Virus record (IMG/VR): IMGVR_UViG_3300044765_000092
Span: 94,679-158,678 of that record
DNA from: a virus
Lineage: Duplodnaviria > Heunggongvirae > Uroviricota > Caudoviricetes
Strand: one strand, 5' to 3'
Length of the DNA stretch: 64,000 nucleotides
Positions 19,343-26,444 of the stretch are shown here, piece by piece. The notes under the pieces were generated by a model. That model searched no databases. It was not told the DNA's origin and saw only the letters and a list, made by a program, of their open reading frames with translations. Position 1 is the stretch's first letter. Each line of letters begins with the position of its first letter. The translations under genes were made by a program, and so were the position numbers.

Positions 19343-20461
19343 TTACTGCTGAGTGAAGTGGGACAGCTCGGCCTTTAGCCGGCTGATGAACTTGCGCGCC
19401 TTGTCCACAGGGATGCCCATGAACTCACGCACCTTGTTGGCATATTCGTAGCGCTCCATCCTGTCTGATGCTTCGTCGTTAGGTTGTCCCAGCCATTCGC
19501 TGAATTCCTCATCGAAGTTGCCCATCAGAAGGTGGAGGAATCGAAGGGATCGTGGATTGTGTTTCAGTCGGTTCTCGATCTGTAGCACAACCATCTGCAG
19601 ATCACGACTCCTGTCAACGTCAGACAATCGCTCGCCGTCGATTGTCCGACCGTCCAGTCCGGTCATCAGGTTGTTACCCACCTGACAGTTATCGTCGCTA
19701 AACAGCGCCGCAGGGTCCGACCCCGCAGGATTGAAGTTGAGGCTCAGGACCGTACCGCTGAACGTACCGTCCTCGTTGGCGATCACTCGATTACGCGATT
19801 GAGTGGTCTCGCTCTTGATCTTGTTGACTCCTCGGTTATGTAGCGTGGTGATCGCGATGTTGCGAAGGTGCATCGCGTTCTGAATCTCAGGGTACGCCCG
19901 GTACATGGCGTAGAGGCTAGCCTCGTAGAGTTCCTGCGCCTCGTCGTTGGCGTTGAGCTGTGAGCTCTGGGTCAGGAATTGGAACTTTACGGCCACCATC
20001 TTGCGACATGAAGCCAGCACGTCAGGCGTGACCTTGGCGATGATGTAGTCAAACGCAGCAAGCGATCGAGGTGGAAACCCACGTCGGTTGAATCGCTTGC
20101 AATGCTTGATGAATGCAAGAACCTCTCGGTTAGTAGTCCTGGTCAAGAACCCGCGAACAAATGCTTGATCTTCGCGGCTAATCGTTGGGTCTACATGCGG
20201 CGTACCCATCACAGCCGCATACACGTAGAACTTCAAATGCTTTTGGATGTATCCGGTCTTGATGACCTTACGGAATTCGATGCAGTCCTGGCCCGTCCAT
20301 TCCAGGATTTCTTTAAACTTGTCTCCGAGGTCTGCCGATTCGATGTCTCGAAAGACGTACCTAAGTACGGCAAACGAGAGCTCGAATCGCTGCTCTCTGT
20401 TGAGCAGTAGGAAGTCTGGATCAAACTCTGCGACCTTTGCGGCTATCGTGTGCATGGTCAC
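19343..20461 (-). CDS. Possible phage RNA polymerase sigma-like factor
   Basis: DEAQELYEASLYAMYRAY...LRNIAITTLHNRGVNKIKSETTQSR resembles the ECF sigma region 2 pattern; C-terminal helical/HTH-like end. Confidence 0.45.
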   Translation of the reverse strand: MTMHTIAAKVAEFDPDFLLLNREQRFELSFAVLRYVFRDIESADLGDKFKEILEWTGQDCIEFRKVIKTGYIQKHLKFYVYAAVMGTPHVDPTISREDQAFVRGFLTRTTNREVLAFIKHCKRFNRRGFPPRSLAAFDYIIAKVTPDVLASCRKMVAVKFQFLTQSSQLNANDEAQELYEASLYAMYRAYPEIQNAMHLRNIAITTLHNRGVNKIKSETTQSRNRVIANEDGTFSGTVLSLNFNPAGSDPAALFSDDNCQVGNNLMTGLDGRTIDGERLSDVDRSRDLQMVVLQIENRLKHNPRSLRFLHLLMGNFDEEFSEWLGQPNDEASDRMERYEYANKVREFMGIPVDKARKFISRLKAELSHFTQQ

Positions 20462-20510
20462 AACTCCTAGTCTTCTTGTCTAGCGGGACGGTGGGTCTAC
20501 TCGTTCGGGT

Positions 20511-21281
20511 CTAGCGTCCTTTGGCCTTCCCACCTTGACCGCGGACGGTGAATTCACTGGCCTTGGCCTTGCCCTTGTTGGCCTTTGGCTTGAGCTTGAC
20601 CTTGGGGTCGAACATCTCGCTCACCTTCTTGGGCTTGCGACCACGTTCGGCCTTGGACTCGAACCACTCGGCCGGCACCGTCTCCATCGAGGGCGGTTCA
20701 TAAGCCAGAGGGTCGTCGATCTTGGGTTGAGCAGTCCACAACGGCTTGGGGTCGTTGACCTTCTTGGCCTTTGCCAGTTGTGAACGCTTCTTCTTGAATG
20801 CAGTGATTGTGAACACCGAGTCGCGCATCAACGTCGCGATCAGTGGGCGCTTGCGCTGCGTACCATTAAGATCGGATGTGATGTAAATCTCGTCCTCGTG
20901 CAGACTGACGCCTGCGACAAAGCCACGGAAGTAGTTGGACAGGAAATCTGTGTTGCCGACACGGAAGTAAACCGGCTGGCCGAAGTCCAGGTCCGATTTC
21001 TTGCGTGCGTGAGCCGTCTGTCGAATGGTAGCCAGCAGGATGCGCGCTTCGCTGGGCGTGAAGTCGTGGAGCATCAGGCCAATCTGGTGAAACGCGTGAG
21101 GATTCTTCTTCGACAGGGCGAATACGTTGGGTGTGAAGCAGTCGGGTGCATCGGCGAACGTCTTGGTGCCGAGCTCGGCACAGGGCTTCTCGAACTTGGC
21201 ATGCCCTTTGAAGTGCATGCAGTCGCCGCATTTGAGGTTGAGTGTGTGACGCTGACGGGTTGAAGCGTCTTTTTTCAGCAT
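20511..21281 (-). CDS. Hypothetical protein (Cys cluster at N-terminus, Lys-rich tail)
   Basis: CGDCMHF...C...C motif; basic C-terminus. Confidence 0.7.
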   Translation of the reverse strand: MLKKDASTRQRHTLNLKCGDCMHFKGHAKFEKPCAELGTKTFADAPDCFTPNVFALSKKNPHAFHQIGLMLHDFTPSEARILLATIRQTAHARKKSDLDFGQPVYFRVGNTDFLSNYFRGFVAGVSLHEDEIYITSDLNGTQRKRPLIATLMRDSVFTITAFKKKRSQLAKAKKVNDPKPLWTAQPKIDDPLAYEPPSMETVPAEWFESKAERGRKPKKVSEMFDPKVKLKPKANKGKAKASEFTVRGQGGKAKGR

Positions 21282-21291
21282 GTTGTTTCTC

Positions 21292-21795
21292 CTAACGACT
21301 GAATATCCGTTGATAGAGTTGCTTGAGCGCGAGCTTTACGATAGCCTCTCGCGACAGCCGTGAGTGCGCTGATTTGAGCTTGCGGAGTTGCTGGTCTTCT
21401 TCTCCTGTTAGGTTGAGTACTAGGACTACCCGCCTATTGGGATCGTTCTGCACCAGGATACGTGCGTTGCACGCCACGGTCGCCAAGTACAGAATCTTCT
21501 TGTCCTTCTCCCGATCACCCGTCATTAGCTCGCCGTATGGCTTTCTCTTGAACAGGCGAAGGGAAACGTGGTGGACAGTAGTGTGATGCGAGTCACAAAT
21601 ACTGACCTGAGGACCATCAACACCACCATAGGCTCTAGGAATGATGTGATGGTCCTCACGGCGATTGCTCGGGTTAAAGGCTTCGCCACAGATCCAGCAG
21701 TGATCAGAGAGGCAGTGCTGAACCTGTCCCGACTTGACCTGGATCGTGGGTTGCGAACTCCCCGATGAGGTGGAAGGTCTCTTTGTTGTGGACAA
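21292..21795 (-). CDS. HNH endonuclease domain protein
   Basis: CWICG...EDHHIIPRAYGG...ICDSHHTTVH. Confidence 0.85.
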   Translation of the reverse strand: MSTTKRPSTSSGSSQPTIQVKSGQVQHCLSDHCWICGEAFNPSNRREDHHIIPRAYGGVDGPQVSICDSHHTTVHHVSLRLFKRKPYGELMTGDREKDKKILYLATVACNARILVQNDPNRRVVLVLNLTGEEDQQLRKLKSAHSRLSREAIVKLALKQLYQRIFSR

Positions 21796-22180
21796 GAGTG
21801 TGCTCCAGGTTGGCCAGGAAGTTCCTGATCGCCGAGCTGAGCGGTGGCATGTCGTTGATGGCGACCATGATGGGCAGGAACTCTCGTGGGTCCGTCCCTG
21901 TTTTGGTCGCCAGTTCTTGGCCGCGCGCCATCACCATAGGCGCTTCGAGTACCGCCAGCCATCGAGTCGCTTGGACTGTCGGATCGTACACGTATTTGCA
22001 GTCGCCGAACTGGAATGGGATGGGGCTTCCCCATTGGGTCAAAAGCGAGGGGTCGGCGTTGCCTGCCAACGGCACCCAGGCGTGCTCCCAATGGATGTAG
22101 ATAGGTGCCGACATACAGGCTTGCCTGAGGCGGGCCACGCTATCGGGATGAAGCTTGAGGATGATGTCGACAGTGTCCAT
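21704..22180 (-). CDS. Hypothetical protein
   Basis: Co-oriented, GAAGG RBS. Confidence 0.6.
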   Translation of the reverse strand: MDTVDIILKLHPDSVARLRQACMSAPIYIHWEHAWVPLAGNADPSLLTQWGSPIPFQFGDCKYVYDPTVQATRWLAVLEAPMVMARGQELATKTGTDPREFLPIMVAINDMPPLSSAIRNFLANLEHTLVHNKETFHLIGEFATHDPGQVGTGSALPL

Positions 22181-22186
22181 GGCAGA

Positions 22187-23158
22187 TCAACCTTCTCGGG
22201 CTTGTCTACGGATGTCTTCGAGCGCACGCGTCTTGCCCGGCCGAACGTCCGACTGGAATGGGAAGGACCAGCGCTCGATGTGCAGATGACCGCCTGGACA
22301 CGCATCGCGGATCTTCTTTAGATCGCGGTTCGGCACAAGCCAGACCCAGAACATGCGTCCACGCTTGAACGCATTGCCCATGACCGTGAAGTTGCGGCCA
22401 CTGCGCTCGTTCAGCTCAGAGACGGCAAAGTCAACGGCGTACCCAAGCGCCTGAACGATGTTGTCAGGCGCGCCCTTTTTGGTGTCACGCTCGAACTCGG
22501 GGTCCTCGGCCATCCGTTCAACCCACGTCTGGTTGATGCCCAGAACGTTCTGGTTCTCGAGGATAGGATAGCCAAACACCGAGTTCTGTGCCAGACCATA
22601 GCGGCTGAGCTTGTCCATGAACATCGGTGGATTGGAGATCGGAACGATTGGGATGCGCAGTCCCACGAACTTCTTGTTCGTCTGTGCCGGGACTAGAGCG
22701 TTGAACTTGTTGTACTTGAGGAAAATGCGCTGAGCGTCGTCGCTGAGGTCAGCGACCTGCACGTCAACACGGGTCATCGTCGATGTGCGCTGTTTTCGTG
22801 CTTCTCGGTCGATGGCGGCCGCTGCCTTGTCCTTGAGTGCAGCGTGGATCGCCTGCATCTCGGTCATGAAGCCACGCACATCGTCTTTCGATGCTTCGTT
22901 GGTCTTGAGGCCCTCGGCCAACGAACGTGTGGAGTTGAAGGCGATCTCAACCGATCGCTTCTGCACAGGTGGCGTGACCTTCGCCAGTTTGGCGAGCGCT
23001 GCCTGCATCGAGGACAGTGCTTTGATCTGTGTCTTGGGTGGAACGGACTGGAGCTTTCGGCTCACAGCCACGAACTTGCTGAACTCGTCGATGACGGTGG
23101 ACGGATTCGCTTTCTGCGTGGTTGCCATCTGTTCGTGCCTCTGTGCGAGCGAACGCAT
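22187..23158 (-). CDS. Hypothetical protein, 323 aa
   Basis: Long co-oriented ORF. Confidence 0.75.
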   Translation of the reverse strand: MRSLAQRHEQMATTQKANPSTVIDEFSKFVAVSRKLQSVPPKTQIKALSSMQAALAKLAKVTPPVQKRSVEIAFNSTRSLAEGLKTNEASKDDVRGFMTEMQAIHAALKDKAAAAIDREARKQRTSTMTRVDVQVADLSDDAQRIFLKYNKFNALVPAQTNKKFVGLRIPIVPISNPPMFMDKLSRYGLAQNSVFGYPILENQNVLGINQTWVERMAEDPEFERDTKKGAPDNIVQALGYAVDFAVSELNERSGRNFTVMGNAFKRGRMFWVWLVPNRDLKKIRDACPGGHLHIERWSFPFQSDVRPGKTRALEDIRRQAREG

Positions 23159-23165
23159 AAACGTG

Positions 23166-23196
23166 GAAACCCCGGGTAACCGAAGCTACCCGGGGT
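23166..23196 (-). terminator. Terminator after the histone-like gene
   Basis: On the minus strand ACCCCGGGTA-GCTTCGGT-TACCCGGGGT-TTC: a 10-bp stem with a UUCG-containing loop. Confidence 0.8.
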
Positions 23197-23217
23197 CGAA
23201 TCAGACTGATTTCAGGC

Positions 23218-23700
23218 TCAGTCGTCGAGCCATGCGTCGTCGGCCTTCTTGCTCTTCTTGGCGGGAGCGGCGGAAGCCGCTTCCTTCTTCGGAGTCTTCT
23301 TGGCCGCGGCGGCGGCGGAGCCCGCTTTCTTGGCCGCCGGCCCCTTCTTGGCCAAAGCTGCCTTCTTGGCCGCCGGACCCGTCTTGCCGGCGCCGGCCTT
23401 GGCCTTGCGACCGCGCTGGACCGGGGTCTCGTCCGCGTCGTCCTCGGACGGACGTTGCTTGCGACCCTGGAGCTTCGCTTGCTTGGTCTTGGGACCCTTC
23501 TTGGCCGCGGGACCGGCCTTCTCGGCGCGGATCTTGCGACGACCCGCCGCCCCGTTGCCAGCCGCCTTTTTGGCCGCAGGCTTGGTGGCGCCGCCGCTCA
23601 GGCGTGCGTTCTGCTTCGTCAGCTTCGCGTTCTCACGCTCGAGACGGTTGACTTGGCGCACGAGGGTACGCATTTGACTCGCGATGGTGGCAGTTGCCAT
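23218..23700 (-). CDS. Histone H1/Hc2-like basic nucleoid-associated protein
   Basis: N-terminal coiled coil, then K/A/G-rich PAAKK repeats; AAAGGA RBS. Confidence 0.75.
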   Translation of the reverse strand: MATATIASQMRTLVRQVNRLERENAKLTKQNARLSGGATKPAAKKAAGNGAAGRRKIRAEKAGPAAKKGPKTKQAKLQGRKQRPSEDDADETPVQRGRKAKAGAGKTGPAAKKAALAKKGPAAKKAGSAAAAAKKTPKKEAASAAPAKKSKKADDAWLDD

Positions 23701-23822
23701 GATCGGTTCCTTTCGTTGAGGTTGCTGGTTGAACTACGGTCAGGCATCCGCATGTTGGTTTGGGTCGCGCTACTTGCAATGGTGATCGGACCTCTACCGC
23801 GACGGAGCTTTGCCCGTAGTTT

Positions 23823-23921
23823 ATTGTAACACACTTTTGGTGTCACGCGGTAAGAAATTGTAACAAAGTGTAACAGCCCGTTTTGCCTCATTTTGAGGCA
23901 GATGTCACGGACTAGCGTCAC
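23823..23921 (-). promoter_or_regulatory. Cluster of TGTTACA(A/C)T / GTGACA repeats upstream of the histone-like gene (extended -10 elements and/or operator)
   Basis: Plus-strand tgtaac at 23825, 23859 and 23869, and tgtcac at 23841 and 23903; TGCCTCA-AAA-TGAGGCA hairpin at 23884-23900. Confidence 0.5.
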
Positions 23922-23945
23922 ACACCCACAGAACTCGTTCTGGTC

Positions 23946-24191
23946 TTACTTCTTGGCTGCGGAAAACTTCCGATCTTCGTTCACGGCTTTTTGCACCGTA
24001 GCAATGTTCGACCTGACGACGACGATGCCGTCATCAAGACCTGGTTGTTCCGAGTCGAGCACGATGCTCTCGCTATCGAACTCGATCACGCGGCCGATGA
24101 GCCGCACGCCGTTGAACAGATAGACAGCTGCCTTTGTGCCGTCCGCCTTGTATTTGGTCAGACGCTCGGTCATGATTTGCGAGGTTGCCAC
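23946..24191 (-). CDS. hfq: Hfq-like Sm-fold RNA chaperone
   Basis: VYLFNGVRLIGRVIEFDSESIVL (Sm1; cf. [23 protein letters not shown]) and VVVRSNIATV (Sm2; cf. MVYKHAISTV). GTG start with AGGAG RBS. Confidence 0.85.
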   Translation of the reverse strand: MATSQIMTERLTKYKADGTKAAVYLFNGVRLIGRVIEFDSESIVLDSEQPGLDDGIVVVRSNIATVQKAVNEDRKFSAAKK

Positions 24192-24223
24192 TGGAATTCT
24201 CCTTTGTTAGAGGCAGCCTCAAA

Positions 24224-25384
24224 TTACTGGCTGTCGGCCGAATCTGTAGCCGGAGCAGCTACAGTGTCCTTTCGGACCGGCAGTGACACCGTAGGAATCT
24301 TGTACGGCTCGCCGTTGTTCCCCATCGCCGCCCAGGCACGCAGATCTGGAATGGGCAACGGAGTCGGGCCAAACACCAGACTGTTGTGCTGGTAGGTCAC
24401 GGGTTTGCCCTCGAAGAAATTCTTCTGGCTACCGTTGATGTTCGAGTACTCGTCAAACCACGGGAACGGATTCTTATCGCGTTCGTGCACACCGGTGATG
24501 CCCAGGGCTTCGGCTCTCTTGTTACCCAGACTGCGAATGAACTGAGTCATCGTCCGCTTGTCGGTGCCGGTCACGCCTTCTTCGATCACGTAATGACCCC
24601 ACGCGATCTCCCTTTCCACTGCATCGAGGATGATTTCTCGACACTCGCGGATCAACTGCTGAGTAAACACCTCCGGCATTTCGGCCCTAAGACTGTGCCA
24701 CATATTCGTGAACAGCTTGAGGTGGGTCAACTCGTCGCGCTGGATGTACTTGATCTGATCGACTGTGCCAATGATGTAACCACCGGCGCGGGCAATCGCG
24801 TAGAAGGTAAGAAACCCCGAGAAGAAGTAGATGCCCTCCAGCACCACATTGGACACTATGGCCTTGACAAAGGCTTCGGGGCTGAAGTTGACCCGAACCT
24901 GCTCACCCTGAGAGATGATGAAGTCATTCTTGCTCGCCAGTTGCGGAACATGGCGATACATATCGTAGATGTCCAGTGGGTCTTCCAACACTGTCTCGAC
25001 GATATGCGAATAGGCTTCAACGTGGATCCACTCTTCAGCCGTCTGCTGTGCCACCACCTGTTGGATCGTCGGATCGGTGATGAACTGGTAGATGTTGCCA
25101 CTCAGATTGTCGACCTGAATGGCATCCAGGTTGGAAAGGAATGCGAGCGCTCGACGATACGCAGTTTGCTGACCTTTTGGAAGTCTGCTGAACCCGGCTT
25201 TATCGGTGTTCATCGCCACCTGATTGGGTTCCCAACGATTGTTGATCATGTCACGGTACACTTCCCGGGTCCACGGGTAGCGCGTGGCACTCACGGCCCT
25301 GAGCTTGTCACTCGGCCCCATGATTACCCGCCGTGCATTGACGATGTCTTGGACTGTCCGTTGATTGTCACTACTGCTTGGCAT
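24224..25384 (-). CDS. nrdB: Ribonucleotide reductase class Ia beta subunit
   Basis: Di-iron ligands and radical Tyr are present: NLDAIQ, EEWIHVEAY, LEGIYFFSGF, RDELTH. Confidence 0.95.
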   Translation of the reverse strand: MPSSSDNQRTVQDIVNARRVIMGPSDKLRAVSATRYPWTREVYRDMINNRWEPNQVAMNTDKAGFSRLPKGQQTAYRRALAFLSNLDAIQVDNLSGNIYQFITDPTIQQVVAQQTAEEWIHVEAYSHIVETVLEDPLDIYDMYRHVPQLASKNDFIISQGEQVRVNFSPEAFVKAIVSNVVLEGIYFFSGFLTFYAIARAGGYIIGTVDQIKYIQRDELTHLKLFTNMWHSLRAEMPEVFTQQLIRECREIILDAVEREIAWGHYVIEEGVTGTDKRTMTQFIRSLGNKRAEALGITGVHERDKNPFPWFDEYSNINGSQKNFFEGKPVTYQHNSLVFGPTPLPIPDLRAWAAMGNNGEPYKIPTVSLPVRKDTVAAPATDSADSQ

Positions 25385-25459
25385 AAACGAATTGTGTTAG
25401 ACAACCGTGATGTGGCCCACGGTCAGGCACTTGTCTCACTTGAATTTACAGCATAGTGG

Positions 25460-25633
25460 TCAGCTGAAGGTCGGTGGCCTGAACACCTGTTCCAAAACTC
25501 CACGTAGTTTGGACCGTTCTTCAGGCGTCCAGGGTTGGATCACATCTCCAGTGCTGATCTCGATGCCTTGTTCACGCATCGACTCCAGCAGAAACTGCCT
25601 GAACCACGGATCGGTTTGTATTGGATTGTCCAT
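25460..25633 (-). CDS. Small hypothetical protein
   Basis: Start MDNPIQ with AGGA RBS. Confidence 0.55.
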   Translation of the reverse strand: MDNPIQTDPWFRQFLLESMREQGIEISTGDVIQPWTPEERSKLRGVLEQVFRPPTFS

Positions 25634-25889
25634 TTCGGATCTCTTCCTGATGCACGCCGCGCCACCATGGTCGGACCTTGAGGCGCTTGACCGGCTTGAC
25701 ACGGGCGATCGTCACCCATTGAGTGTCGTGTGGATGATCAGTATCAGTGAATTTGACGATGCAACGATTCGGTCTACGGCTGTCGTGCTTGAACACGGTG
25801 GCTGGTCGTCCATAGACTATGACCTCCGATCCAAGCGGCATCGTCATGTGTTTCCAGCACGCAAACTTACGACGTTGGTGAGCGTTCAT
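25572..25889 (-). CDS. Hypothetical protein
   Basis: ATGA-coupled to the upstream gene; overlaps the next ORF by about 60 bp. Confidence 0.55.
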   Translation of the reverse strand: MNAHQRRKFACWKHMTMPLGSEVIVYGRPATVFKHDSRRPNRCIVKFTDTDHPHDTQWVTIARVKPVKRLKVRPWWRGVHQEEIRNGQSNTNRSVVQAVSAGVDA

Positions 25890-26113
25890 CGTTCGTTCCT
25901 TTCACGCTGATCTACACGTATGTTCCACAACTCAGCTATAGATGCGTACAGACCGACTAACGGCGGCACTGCAAATAGCAGAACCAAGGTCAGGGTCAGC
26001 CGATCTAGTTTGTTGTGGTAGACTGCAGTGGTCTGATACACCGCCCAGGCCAGAACTGCGAGTATCAGCAACTCGATCGTAGCAATTGCGAGCTGTCCCT
26101 TAGCTGCTCTCAT
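25886..26113 (-). CDS. Small two-TM membrane protein
   Basis: Two hydrophobic helices; ATGA coupling. Confidence 0.65.
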   Translation of the reverse strand: MRAAKGQLAIATIELLILAVLAWAVYQTTAVYHNKLDRLTLTLVLLFAVPPLVGLYASIAELWNIRVDQRERNER

Positions 26114-26319
26114 GATTTCTGCCCTGGAATCGGATTTACATACAAAGTGCAGGCACAAGTCGGGCACTTGATGTATCGTAGAACGCCGTTACTTATGCCG
26201 TTCGACGCTTGCGTATCCGATTGCAGACACTCGACCTCCGTCTTACAATTGGTGCAGCGTCCGTTGTATTTGAGGTCTTCGGGCTTGATGCCTTGCTTTG
26301 TGATCTTAATCGCCATCAT
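26110..26319 (-). CDS. Small zinc-ribbon protein
   Basis: CTNC...CPTC; AAGGA RBS. Confidence 0.7.
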   Translation of the reverse strand: MMAIKITKQGIKPEDLKYNGRCTNCKTEVECLQSDTQASNGISNGVLRYIKCPTCACTLYVNPIPGQKS

Positions 26320-26444
26320 TCAGTCCTTTCTAGTTAAGCGAAAACCTACCCACCACAGGTCTAGGCGGAAGAACCAGCGACCACCGTGTAGACCAAAGCC
26401 TACACGCAGCATCCGGTTCTTCGCGTCCAGCGGGAGTCGGGTAA

